From an uncultured bacterium (GTDB lineage: Bacteria; Actinomycetota; Acidimicrobiia; Spongiisociales; ZC4RG35), in assembly GCA_963753285.1 (NCBI GenBank), contig CAVWBT010000001.1, forward strand, positions 115,194 through 179,193: DNA of 64,000 bases. The letters run 5' to 3'. The notes below the pieces were generated by a model, which was not told the DNA's origin, did no database searches, and was given only the letters and a program-made list of their open reading frames with translations. The translations under genes and the position numbers were made by a program. Numbering within the stretch: the stretch's first letter is position 1; each line of letters opens with the position of its first letter. Below are positions 8,912 to 18,560 of the stretch, one piece after another.

Positions 8912-9301
8912 TCACCAGATGTGTGACTCCGAGAGAGTTGAAGGTGGTCGAGGTTCCAACAGCGATGGGAAGAACGCCCCCTCACGCACCTTCGGGATCC
9001 TGAGTTCCACATCGCCTGCCGGCGTCGACAACACCCTGGGGCGGGCGCCATCGCGTTGGTTGGTTCTCGTGTCGGTTCGTTCGTGCGGTTTGGCGCCGAT
9101 CGCCGCCGACAACTCGACGTCGATCAACTCCTGCAACGCTTTCTGGACCAGATCCCGGAACAGAAACCTGACATCATCACCACCAAGCTCTGTGACGAGC
9201 TCAGCCAATCGGGCATCATGGCTCTCGGCCATCGTGCATCTCCTCTCGAGTCCACGGTCAATGAACTCGCTGAGAGTTGCACGGTGGCCCCACCGCGTCA
9301 C
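8912..9301 (-). pseudogene. IS256-family (Mutator-type) transposase N-terminal fragment (~129 of ~400 aa)
   Basis: LSAAIGAKPHERTDTRTNQRDGARPRVLSTPAGDVELRIPKVREGAFFPSLLEPR matches the conserved IS256 transposase N-terminus. The gene is truncated. Confidence 0.6.
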
Positions 9302-9344
9302 GGACCCCCGGCCCTACTTACACCACTCCATGGGACGCTCCCCT

Positions 9345-9600
9345 CCGCCCTGAGATGGGGGTGACGGCAACGCAACTGATTACCGGGCCAACCAATGCTC
9401 GACCGGATCGACCAGTACCCGCTGTCAGAGGACTCGGCGCTGTGGGGCAAGACGGTCACCGACGAACGGCACGCCCTGGTCGATGACGAAGCCGTCGCGC
9501 ACTGATCAGCGAGTCGAGGACACGAACGCCCATTCCGTCGAGTGCTCGGGATCCGCACGTGTAGAGCGGCCCGGGGTGGTCGGACAAGCGTCGCCAGCGC
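9345..9600. repeat. 255-bp dispersed repeat, copy 1 (near-identical to 24078-24332), adjacent to the IS256 transposase fragment
   Basis: Direct comparison of the two regions shows a near-identical nucleotide stretch. One frame ends ..MLDRIDQYPLSEDSALWGKTVTDERHALVDDEAVAH*. Confidence 0.7.
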
Positions 9601-10178
9601 CACCTTTGCGTTTTCGTACCCCACTCATCCCAGTGTCACTGACCCCGTCCGCCCAATGTCAAACACCGTGCCACGAATTGTCGCATCCCCGGCCAGACCC
9701 TCACGGTGTCCCCGAATCCGCCCAGTGGTCATCCGGTTCCAGGGCCACCGACCACGCTGCGCGTTCTCCCAGTATCTGGGGATCACCGGCATAATGCCGG
9801 ATCTGCTCGGAACGACGGGTTCGATAACGCTCCGGGTGTCGGGTGATATGTGCGGCTGGTCGATCGGTCTCTTGAGCAAAGACTGAATGCCTGACCGAAT
9901 CGGGTCGTGGGGTTCTTAGAGTGCCGAGCAAGCGACAGCGAGAGCGCTCATTCCTGATGAGGTTCACGTGCGTTTCCAGTCCCTCCTCAAAGTCACCCGC
10001 ATTGTCCAAGGAGAGCGCCCGCCCGGCGTTCATCACATGACCACAGTTGATGGGGTCGCGAAAGCGATAGACGTGAGCAACACGAAGGTGCCGCGCCTTG
10101 GTTATGGCGGCTGCTGATCCCCGAGGCGTTGTCGGCGGCTGCGGTGGCGCTGCTAACGAGTCCAGCACCCCTGCCTCG

Positions 10179-10211
10179 TTGAGCCTCCGGGACCGGAGCC
10201 CAGAGGCTCAA
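10179..10211 (-). terminator. Stem-loop (9-bp stem ttgagcctc/gaggctcaa, 16-nt loop) just downstream of the NHL-repeat gene
   Basis: Read from the sequence. No U-tract, which is common for actinobacterial terminators. Confidence 0.35.
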
Positions 10212-10228
10212 CAACCAGTCGTGCTGCG

Positions 10229-11107
10229 CTAGTTGCAATTCCCCATGCTTCGGTACCAAGTGACCAAGTTGGTGAACTGATCGGTCACGTAGACATTGCC
10301 GCGGGCATCCGCGCCGACGCCATCGAGTCGGTCGAAATCGTCGTCGAACACTTGGGCAATGTAGGCACCCTGTAGCGAGAATTGTTGAACACGTCGCAGA
10401 TTGGTATCTGCGACATATATGAATCCACCTGCGACTTCGATACCACGTGGGTCGTCGAACTCGCCGTCACCGTCGCCATAGCTCCCGAAGCTCCGCAAGT
10501 AGTCGCCGTCGAGAGTAAACACGTCGATCTTGCCGGCGGGGTTGGTCACATAGGCCTTAGCTCCGTGGACAGACACAGCGGTCGCGCCTTCGCCGAACGT
10601 GGCGACCCACTCGCCGTTCGGGCTGAACTTCCGGACCTGACTGAGGATCCAGTCGGTGACGTAGATGAAACCGCGGGCGTCGACATCGATGAACAGCGGC
10701 AGCCCGAACGCCATCGGCGTCCCGTCTTCATCCCACTCACCCCACTCCAGAAGGAGGTTGCCGGCCTTGTCGAAGACTTGGACCTTGGACTCACCCCATG
10801 AGGCGTTGTAGACCTTTTGGTTGTCGACCGTGAGACCGTGCGGGCTCGCAGCCGGGAAGCTCCTCATGTAGTCACCCGAGGTCGTGAAGACGTGGATCAT
10901 TCCGTTACGTTCGTCACTTACGTAGACGTCTCCGCGAACGTCGATGCCCACGTCAATCGCTCCGGCAATGGTCTGCTCCTCTCCTGGAACTCCCCATTCT
11001 GACCACTGGCCCATTTCGGTCAGGTCGCAAGCACCCGTTCCTGCGGCCGGTCCGGCGATGGCCAACACTAAGCCAAACGACATCGTTACAACGAGAACCC
11101 TGCGCAT
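10229..11107 (-). CDS. Secreted NHL-repeat beta-propeller protein
   Basis: Signal peptide. Repeated YVxDxxNxRVxxF-type NHL motifs (IYVADTNLRRVQQF, VYVTDQFTNLV). Confidence 0.55.
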   Translation of the reverse strand: MRRVLVVTMSFGLVLAIAGPAAGTGACDLTEMGQWSEWGVPGEEQTIAGAIDVGIDVRGDVYVSDERNGMIHVFTTSGDYMRSFPAASPHGLTVDNQKVYNASWGESKVQVFDKAGNLLLEWGEWDEDGTPMAFGLPLFIDVDARGFIYVTDWILSQVRKFSPNGEWVATFGEGATAVSVHGAKAYVTNPAGKIDVFTLDGDYLRSFGSYGDGDGEFDDPRGIEVAGGFIYVADTNLRRVQQFSLQGAYIAQVFDDDFDRLDGVGADARGNVYVTDQFTNLVTWYRSMGNCN

Positions 11108-11287
11108 GTCACCTCCACCTCCACTTCACCCGGCTTCCTTCCTGTAACTACAGGAACACCCGCCACCGAAAGTCGCCAGAGGCGTGGGTCACAAATCTCT
11201 GTCGGGAATCTCCCATGGGCGTAGCTCGAAGGTCGCCCATAACGCCAGATATGGGCGATAACGCTCCGACCCACGAACCACGCCGAA

Positions 11288-11386
11288 CGGCACTTCCAGG
11301 GGCGCCCGCATCTTGTCGACCCAACACTGAGCGTGGTGTTCATGCATTGCCACGTTCAGTAGCCAGCGAAGTGCAACGAAGTGCCG
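11288..11386. ncRNA. 99-nt conserved structured intergenic element, copy A (closing stem cggcacttc...gaagtgccg)
   Basis: About 80% identical to 15648-15746. Terminal 9-bp complementary ends and an internal ggcgcc palindrome. Non-coding in all frames. Confidence 0.35.
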
Positions 11387-11557
11387 GTTCGAGGAAGGTA
11401 CCTTCCGGCCTTTTTGCGGCTGGGCTGCGCGTGATTATGGGCGCTGGCGACACGTGATCGGGGGCATCGGACTCTGGTGGCGGTTGTAGGTTTTTGCATA
11501 TGTTGTCATAGCAGTTGGTGTCGAGGCTCGCTCTTGGGATGAGGACTTGGAGACACC

Positions 11558-12055
11558 GTGACGCAGGAGAGGGTTCGCCAGGCGGCAGATGTTGAGAGCT
11601 TCACTGTGTTTGTGAAGAGGTATCAACCGATGCTGCGTAACGCCCTGATCGCAGTAGTGGGACCCGATCTTGCGGGGGACGCGGTGGATGAGGCATTGCT
11701 GTATTGCTGGCAGCGGTGGGATCAGTTTCGCGTTGTGGAGAATCCAGCCGGGTATCTGTGGTCGGTGGGGCGCAGCAAAGGTCGGGATCTAGTGCGCCAA
11801 CGCCGTCGTGGGGAGCGGGTGCGGCCGTTGTTACCGGTGGTTCCGTCGGCGAGTCCGCCGCTAGTCGAGCCTGGATTACCCGTGGCGATGATGCGCCTGC
11901 CGGAACGGCAACGGGTCGCTGTGTTTTTGATTCACGGGTATGGCTGGACTCACGCGGAGGTCGCCGGATTCCTTGGCCTCTCGGTACCGACGGTTCAGAA
12001 GCACGCTGATCGTGGGCTAGCCAAGCTGCGGCGGGGGCTAGGAGCGCGACCATGA
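11558..12055 (+). CDS. ECF-subfamily RNA polymerase sigma-70 factor
   Basis: Sigma region 2 and region 4 features (..LLYCWQRWDQF.., ..GYGWTHAEVAGFLGLSVPTVQKHADRGLAKLR). Confidence 0.7.
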   Translation: MTQERVRQAADVESFTVFVKRYQPMLRNALIAVVGPDLAGDAVDEALLYCWQRWDQFRVVENPAGYLWSVGRSKGRDLVRQRRRGERVRPLLPVVPSASPPLVEPGLPVAMMRLPERQRVAVFLIHGYGWTHAEVAGFLGLSVPTVQKHADRGLAKLRRGLGARP

Positions 12056-14283
12056 CGACCGACATAGCTGAGCAGGTCCGGGAGTACGCAGAGTATGTGG
12101 ATTCGATCGTCCCGGACTGGACTGTTGAGGGCGTCCTCACCAGTCCGGTCGCGGAGCCACAGTCTGAGGGTCCTCGACGCCGCTGGTATTCCACTTCGCA
12201 GCGAGGGGTCCTCGCTGCTTTGGGCGCGGCCATCGTTGTCCTGGTGGTCGTAACCACTCCCACAAGCCTGACCACCACCCTGCCCGATGGTCCCACCACC
12301 GTGAGGCAGTCCATCCCCTGGTACGGGCAGACCAACGTCCTTGACGTGGAGGTTGGAGCCGATGGGAGTCTCTGGGCGACTCTGGGCGACGGGGTAGTGC
12401 GCTGGACACCGGGTTCCGAGATTCCAGAGGTGTATATGAACCGGGAGACGCCAAATGTGGAGGCGTACCGTATCACCGTGGCACCGGATGGCGACGTGTG
12501 GGTGGGGAGCATGTGGCAAATGGCACGCTTCGATGGCTCGTGGACGACGTTCGGACCCCGCGATCCCGACGACGCTCTCATGCGAGTCCTGGAGCAGGAC
12601 GGACCCGAGGACCCGATTGCGGTGGACAACGACGGCGTGGTGTGGAGTGCCATGGGTAGGCACTACCTGGGCCGCCTCGACGGCTGGGAATACGAGTTCT
12701 TCAGTGCTCCAGTTCAGGACTCCTTCGGAGACCTTATGGGTTGGGCGACGTCGATCGACGTCGCCCCTGATGGAACGGTGTGGGTCGGCTCGGCCTGGTC
12801 CAACGCGGTGTTTGCCTTCGATGGTACCGACTGGACTACCTACACCGCGGCCGATGGTCTTCCCGGTGGGGTCGGATGGATTGTGGCGGTGGCGCCGGAT
12901 GGAACGGTGTGGGCGGGGGCGGGTGCCGACATCCCCGGCTCCGGTCGCATCGCCGCGACGATGGGCGTGGCCCGCTTCGATGGGTCGGAGTGGATGGTGT
13001 ATACGACAGCTGACGGGCTTCTCTCCAACGACGCTGCGGTTGAAATCGGCCCCGACGGAACCGTGTGGGCCATACAAGCGTCCGGTGTGTCCCACTTCGA
13101 GGACAACACATGGGTCTCGTACCCCGATGCGCCTGGGCTCGGTTTCCGAGCTGCAGTCGATGCCTCGGGCACATTGTGGAGGCCGGACACCGATGGACTG
13201 GTCGGTTTTGATGGCACCAATATCACCCGACACGTGCTTCCGATCGACGAGCCACCCACCTCGCCCATTCCCCCATCGGGAGCTTGGGACCCGATCCTGT
13301 CAACCACGTCGGCCAAGACGGCTCCGCCCGCAGCGACCTGCCCGGCCGGAACCGATCCGGCTGCTCCCGGTCCGGTCGATCAGGAACGCCCCGACCCACG
13401 CTGGGTTACCAACGTCGCCGCGGCTTTCGATCGGCATACCGGCCGAATCGTCTATGTCGACGTCCGCGGCGCGACATGGACGTTCGATGTGTGCACCAAC
13501 ACCTGGGAGTTCATGAATCCCGAGGGAGCGCCGTACGCCGATCGTTCGGACCTATTGGACGCGCGCGGCCAGGGATCCGGAGTGCTCGGCGATCTCGTAT
13601 ATGACGCCGATTCCGACCGGACCATCGCGTTCGGCAGTGTCCTGGCGGTCTACGATGCCAACACCAACACGTGGACCCAACCCCGCCCCGACCCAGCCAA
13701 CCTTGCAACGGGACGGGGGCCAGCCGTATACGACCCGGTCACCGGGTTGATCATCACGACCGGTGACGAGGGACTCTTGGCCTATGACGTCGACACCAAC
13801 ACCTGGACGGTGATCGGTCCCATCATTCACGAGGATCTCCTTGTCGGTGACTTCCTCGGGTACTCACCGGAGATCGATCGACTCATCTTCGTCCAGCCCG
13901 ACCACACGCGGCTGATCGATCCTCGCACGGGCGAATCGACGTTGGTCGTGACCGACAGCCCCTACATCAATCTGGTATGGCCCTCAGAGGTCCACGGATC
14001 GGCTGCGGACACTGTTTACGTAACCCAACATTGGGACGGCGACCTCATCAACTTCCGCATATGCGGCTTCGACACCGTCAACCTGGCCTGGACCTCATGT
14101 GTCGACGTCCCAGAGGACGTGGAAGGCCAACACTACGTGTTCTCAGCCATGGTTGGTGACCCGATCAACAACCGACTCGTCCTGATCAACGGCGGGTGGG
14201 GTAACTCCATCGACGACGTCTGGTCCGTCGACCTCGACACCGGGGAGTGGATCCAACTCGTCGCAGCGAGCAGAGGGGGATGA
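12052..14283 (+). CDS. Membrane anti-sigma-like protein with extracytoplasmic beta-propeller (two-component-regulator-propeller-like) and Kelch-like repeats
   Basis: ATGA overlap with the sigma factor gene. One TM segment. Repeated DG(S/T)(L/V)W..G motifs. Confidence 0.5.
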   Translation: MTTDIAEQVREYAEYVDSIVPDWTVEGVLTSPVAEPQSEGPRRRWYSTSQRGVLAALGAAIVVLVVVTTPTSLTTTLPDGPTTVRQSIPWYGQTNVLDVEVGADGSLWATLGDGVVRWTPGSEIPEVYMNRETPNVEAYRITVAPDGDVWVGSMWQMARFDGSWTTFGPRDPDDALMRVLEQDGPEDPIAVDNDGVVWSAMGRHYLGRLDGWEYEFFSAPVQDSFGDLMGWATSIDVAPDGTVWVGSAWSNAVFAFDGTDWTTYTAADGLPGGVGWIVAVAPDGTVWAGAGADIPGSGRIAATMGVARFDGSEWMVYTTADGLLSNDAAVEIGPDGTVWAIQASGVSHFEDNTWVSYPDAPGLGFRAAVDASGTLWRPDTDGLVGFDGTNITRHVLPIDEPPTSPIPPSGAWDPILSTTSAKTAPPAATCPAGTDPAAPGPVDQERPDPRWVTNVAAAFDRHTGRIVYVDVRGATWTFDVCTNTWEFMNPEGAPYADRSDLLDARGQGSGVLGDLVYDADSDRTIAFGSVLAVYDANTNTWTQPRPDPANLATGRGPAVYDPVTGLIITTGDEGLLAYDVDTNTWTVIGPIIHEDLLVGDFLGYSPEIDRLIFVQPDHTRLIDPRTGESTLVVTDSPYINLVWPSEVHGSAADTVYVTQHWDGDLINFRICGFDTVNLAWTSCVDVPEDVEGQHYVFSAMVGDPINNRLVLINGGWGNSIDDVWSVDLDTGEWIQLVAASRGG

Positions 14284-14324
14284 GATGACCCTACCTGTAC
14301 CGCCAAAGCGATTCGAGATCATGG

Positions 14325-15158
14325 TTGCGATTCTTGGAGTGGTTTGTGTCGGCATGTGTGAGCACGCCGGGCGCCGCACCAGCGACCACGATGCCAGCGG
14401 TCCAGGATGACACTACGGCAGTACCGGCACCGATTGCTGCGGCGTGGTCGTTCCTGGGCACGGTCGACGACTGGCTGACTGAGCCCGTGATTTTGAACGG
14501 TGAGTACTACGCCACCCGCAAGGGACTCGACGACGATGCACAGCCGAATCGGGACGGTCTCGTCGAAGGACACATCGAACGGGTCGGTGAGCTGTGGACA
14601 TCGCTGGACGGCGTGACCTGGATACCTGCCGTGGGAGGTGAACGGCCGCCGCCCGTGTCGCCCGAAGCGCCGATCGAAGGGGCTGCGGTTGTCGTGCGGC
14701 GCAATCCACTCGGAGATCTGTACGGCCAGCTCGTCGCCGAGGGTCTGTGGGCGACCAGCGACGGGACATCTTGGCGAGAGATCGCTGTGCGACCGTCGCA
14801 AGACAACTGGATACCGTGGGTGGAGACCGGCGGACTCGGCTGGGTCGTCTACTCACCGCCAGCGGAAGCGGCGGTCGAGGCCGACGCGAGCAGCTACTTC
14901 CAGGGTCCTCGGCACGGGAACCTGGGTTTGTGGTACACCCCCGACACCGAAGCCTGGTTCGAGGTGACCGACCTCGGACCACTCTCCGACACCATCCACA
15001 GCGTCGGAGAGGTGGGTGTCATCGACACCGCGATGATCGTCCGAGATACCGACATCCTCGTGTACGCCCACATCGCCAAGAACATCGGCTTCGGGTTCAT
15101 GGGCGATCCGCACACCGACATCTGGCAACTCGACCTATCGCCGGAAGAATCTGACTAA
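14325..15158 (+). CDS. Hypothetical (lipo)protein
   Basis: Coherent 277-aa ORF with N-terminal hydrophobic/Cys segment. No recognised domain. Confidence 0.35.
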   Translation: MRFLEWFVSACVSTPGAAPATTMPAVQDDTTAVPAPIAAAWSFLGTVDDWLTEPVILNGEYYATRKGLDDDAQPNRDGLVEGHIERVGELWTSLDGVTWIPAVGGERPPPVSPEAPIEGAAVVVRRNPLGDLYGQLVAEGLWATSDGTSWREIAVRPSQDNWIPWVETGGLGWVVYSPPAEAAVEADASSYFQGPRHGNLGLWYTPDTEAWFEVTDLGPLSDTIHSVGEVGVIDTAMIVRDTDILVYAHIAKNIGFGFMGDPHTDIWQLDLSPEESD

Positions 15159-15273
15159 GCGCACCGTGCTACTGGACATCGGTAACGGACACGCAGAACG
15201 ACTGATTTCGGATGAGTCCGGACGACGTCTCGTCTACTGGCCACGAGTCTGGGCCGCCCGAGCGCTGGCGTAA

Positions 15274-15573
15274 GTGGGTGATAGAGAGACGGGACCAGCG
15301 TTGCTGGCAGCACTCGACGACGAACATTGGCGTGTTCGCATGACAGCAACCCAGACCATTGGGCGGCTCGGTATCGAGGATGCGACGTCCCACCTCCTGC
15401 AAGGGCTGGGTGACCAACACCAACGGGTGAGATCGGCGTCGGTCCTGGCGCTGCAACGGGTTGGTACCGAGGACGCCGTCGAAAGGCTTCTCCAGCAGCC
15501 GGTGACCGGCATCGAGCGCAGTCGCACCGAACGGGCCGCCGCGATGATCCTTGATCGTTCGGCCAACGGATAG
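15274..15573 (+). CDS. HEAT/PBS-lyase-like repeat protein (99 aa)
   Basis: Repeats of the ..D..W.VR..A...LG..G...A...L...L.D....VR..A type. Confidence 0.4.
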   Translation: MGDRETGPALLAALDDEHWRVRMTATQTIGRLGIEDATSHLLQGLGDQHQRVRSASVLALQRVGTEDAVERLLQQPVTGIERSRTERAAAMILDRSANG

Positions 15574-15647
15574 CAGGCGACGCACGGCCAGCCACGCCGA
15601 TCACCAAATACGGCGCACGAACGCACCTCTCACCGAGTGTCCGGGAT

Positions 15648-15746
15648 CGGCACTTCGAGGGGCGCCTGCCTCTCGTCGGGTCGTCACTGAGCGTGGTGCT
15701 CATCCGTTGCCGCGGTCTGTAGCTAGCGAGTGCAGCAACATGCCGG
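15648..15746. ncRNA. 99-nt conserved structured intergenic element, copy B
   Basis: Aligns with 11288-11386 (cggcacttcgaggggcgcc...tgagcgtggtgctcat...gtagctagcgagtgcagcaacatgccgg). Confidence 0.35.
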
Positions 15747-15782
15747 TCATGGGCGGTCTGTCCGCTGAGCGTCGGCCGGGGT

Positions 15783-16478
15783 TCAGCCGGGATCGTGCTC
15801 GGTCTGGCCTGGGGGGGATTGTGGTGACCCGTGAGTGCTAGCGGTGTGGTCCCTGACGATGAGAACGGGACAAGCCACAATCAGCCAAAGGAATAGAGCG
15901 AGACCGCCAACCCCTAGACCAGTCGGGATCAGCGCCACGGTGGCCGCGACGAGTACGACGCCCACCCAGGCGAACGGCTTGGGCAGCAACCCCACGACGA
16001 ACGAGCTGACGCTCATCGTGGCGGCGACACCTAGCGCACCAATCATGAACAGGTCACTGATGTGTTCTTTGAGCATTGATAGCGGAAGCACCGCATCGGT
16101 AAGCATGTTCGGGTCGATCGGTGCGCTCGTCGCCATGCGATATGACGCATGAACGAAAGCGCCGATCGTCATGACAATCCCGAACGCATAGGCCACCAGA
16201 GCCAACATTTCACCTTTAGAGCCTTCCCGGGCGAGGCGCATCCGCAGCGAGGCAACAAACCCGACCAAGGCAAACGCTCCGACAATGCCGACCGTGCTTC
16301 CAGCGACGATTCTCGCCCTGTTGTCAGTGATCTCAGCCGCCAGCTCACTGACCGGACTGTCAGGCCCCAACCAACCACCATGGTCGATAACAAAGAACCC
16401 CGCGAACATCAATACCAATCCTGCCAGCCCCAACAACCACCCAATCAGGTCAAGTACATCCGAACGATCGGTCGACAT
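15783..16478 (-). CDS. Polytopic membrane protein, hypothetical
   Basis: Several hydrophobic helices. Confidence 0.45.
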   Translation of the reverse strand: MSTDRSDVLDLIGWLLGLAGLVLMFAGFFVIDHGGWLGPDSPVSELAAEITDNRARIVAGSTVGIVGAFALVGFVASLRMRLAREGSKGEMLALVAYAFGIVMTIGAFVHASYRMATSAPIDPNMLTDAVLPLSMLKEHISDLFMIGALGVAATMSVSSFVVGLLPKPFAWVGVVLVAATVALIPTGLGVGGLALFLWLIVACPVLIVRDHTASTHGSPQSPPGQTEHDPG

Positions 16479-17099
16479 GTTCCAGGTCCCCTCTTTCAAG
16501 TTCGCCATCGATCCCGCTACTCATACATGAGAACAGACGAACCAGACGGAAAAACGGGTGACACCAGCCCGTCGCAGCCAGCAAGTCCTCACTTGGGGCG
16601 CGTCCTGGCCCCGACGAGTAGTCACGCCATCAACACCAGCTCACCAACAAAAGTGAACATCGCACGTTCAGCGAGTAGTCGGCGAGGAACGTCCCGAAGG
16701 CGTCGATCGGGTAGCCGATCCCGGCGATCGCAGTGAGGGCAACGATCCCGAAGTCGCCGTTGCTGGCGGCGCTGACACAGGAGACCTAGGTCCCCACCGT
16801 CGCTGCGGGGTTGCAAACCTGGTCTGTCGAAGCGGCGGTGCCGCGGACGCTGACCAGGAGTACGAAACGCGGCGCCACCCTGGGACAGCGAACCGATCAC
16901 ACGCGCCCATCTTGATCAGTGGCACGCCGCCTTCCAAGCTCCCGATGCTGCAGAGCTCGCCTTGTTCGACTCTGTGAGCTGAATCGGAGTAGCCGCCGGC
17001 ACGGCCAACGGACAGAACGCCAGCAACGCAGATCTCCAGATCCCGGGCAGAAACGAGCACCTCGCAGAATGCCCTGGATCGAGGCCTGTTTGTTTGTCA

Positions 17100-18450
17100 A
17101 GGGGTGTTTTGGGCGCGGTGGACCGGCCCGGCGGTGCCGGGTAGTGGCGTAGGGTTAGGAGCGGCTCGGGGTGGCTGCGCTGAAGAGCCGGTGATCAGGA
17201 TGTAATCCGGTCACGCAAGCGACAGAGACGTTCCTGTTTGCCCCCCGGGCCTTATCTGGATTGGTCGGCGTTCAGCTGGCGATAGACGACGTCGGAGAGC
17301 CGGCGTTTCAACGCCCTGATGGCCTCTTTGTTGGTTTTGCCTTCTGCGAGTTTCCGCTCGTAGAACACTCGGCCCTTGGTGTCGGGTTGGCGGAGCTGGC
17401 AGATGGCGATCAGATGCAACGCATGGTTGAGCATCCGGTTGCCTTTCGGGTTGAGCCGATGCCGTTTCCTCCCACCGGAGGACGCTTCGATGGGTGCGGT
17501 CCCGTTGTAGGCGGCGTAGTGGTGTTTGGTCGGGAACCGGGTGATGTCTCCGGTGTATCCGATCAGTAGGCCGGCGACGACCGGGCCGACACCGTATATG
17601 TCGGTGAGGCCGGTGCCGGAGGCTTCCACCGCCACGGCGAGACGCTCTCGAGATGCCTTCTTCTCCTTCTCCAGGCGCCGCACTTCGGCGAGGTGTTGGT
17701 GGGCGATGCGTTTGCGTTCTGTCTCCACCATGGTCTTGGGTCGGATCCGCCGCAGCATCCGTGATGCTTTGTGAGACGAGAGCTCTCCGCTCATTCCCCC
17801 AGGTAGCAGCACCGCCAACACCGCATGCAGTCTCGACGCCGCCTGGGTCTTCAAACTGGAGAGCTGTTTGTGGCGTCCAGCGAGCATCCGGAGCACCGCA
17901 ACATGATCTTCGACGGTGACTTGCCGCAACCCGTTCTGGTGCAGTGCGACGATCGCCACCGAACGAGCATCATTGGCGTCGTTCTTCTGTGACCTCCTCG
18001 AGTCGAGGACACGAGCCCGAGAGGCCAGAGTCGAAGGCACGTCGACGACATGCTCTCCAGCAGCGACCAGCTGTTGGGCCAGCAGGTAGCCGTGGCCGTT
18101 CGCCGACTCGACCGCCCAGCGGCGTTCACCGAACCGTTCCGCCCAAGCCAACAACTCCGAGAGTTGGCGTTTACTTGCCCGGACCTCGATTTCGGCGACA
18201 GGCTGATCGTCTCCGTTCATAGCCGCAGCCGCATGAGAACCCTTGTGAGGGTCGATACCGATAACCACCGACATGATCCACCTCCAGTTCGCTCTTGGGG
18301 GTCGGTGTGAGGGTGGAGGGCACTCCTGATAAGGATCCGCGTGCTACGCCTGTTTCGAGCCACACCACCCACCAGAACCCCAGGCGGATACAGCAGCTCG
18401 TTCGAAAGCCAACCCGCAAAGGGTGGCAGGCACTTAGAGAGCCAGACCCG
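17100..18450 (-). mobile_element. IS110-family insertion sequence (approximate ends)
   Basis: Intact 340-aa transposase. IS110 elements lack terminal inverted repeats, so the ends are not defined from sequence. Confidence 0.5.
17252..18274 (-). CDS. IS110-family transposase (DEDD type)
   Basis: MSVVIGIDPHKGSHAAAAM.. N-terminus. Conserved IS110 middle and C-terminal blocks (YGVGPVVAGLLIGYTGDITRF, AIRALKRRLSDVVY). Confidence 0.85.
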   Translation of the reverse strand: MSVVIGIDPHKGSHAAAAMNGDDQPVAEIEVRASKRQLSELLAWAERFGERRWAVESANGHGYLLAQQLVAAGEHVVDVPSTLASRARVLDSRRSQKNDANDARSVAIVALHQNGLRQVTVEDHVAVLRMLAGRHKQLSSLKTQAASRLHAVLAVLLPGGMSGELSSHKASRMLRRIRPKTMVETERKRIAHQHLAEVRRLEKEKKASRERLAVAVEASGTGLTDIYGVGPVVAGLLIGYTGDITRFPTKHHYAAYNGTAPIEASSGGRKRHRLNPKGNRMLNHALHLIAICQLRQPDTKGRVFYERKLAEGKTNKEAIRALKRRLSDVVYRQLNADQSR

Positions 18451-18560
18451 ACCGGGGCTCTAGCAACGCTACGGAACCAACCTCCGCAGCACCCCCACAT
18501 CACTATCAGGCACCTATGCGGTCGTGCGCTTGACCCACTGCGACCACTGAAAGCGGTCGG

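Noticed and set aside
9701-10168. 155-aa minus-strand ORF with some coherent stretches (..RFRDPINCGHVMNAGRALSLDNAGDFEEGLETHVNLIRNE..)
   Set aside because: No recognisable family, patchy composition and no clear start context. It may be another mobile-element remnant and is left unannotated.
11601-13316. Long minus-strand ORFs (350 and 412 aa) opposite the sigma/anti-sigma genes
   Set aside because: Antisense high-GC ORFs with low-complexity Arg/Pro/Ser content. The plus-strand genes have recognisable domains.
14413-15880. Several 130-240-aa ORFs in the 14.4-15.9 kb region
   Set aside because: They overlap the coherent 14325-15158 gene or the intergenic element in other frames, and have a Pro/Arg-rich composition typical of GC-rich noise.
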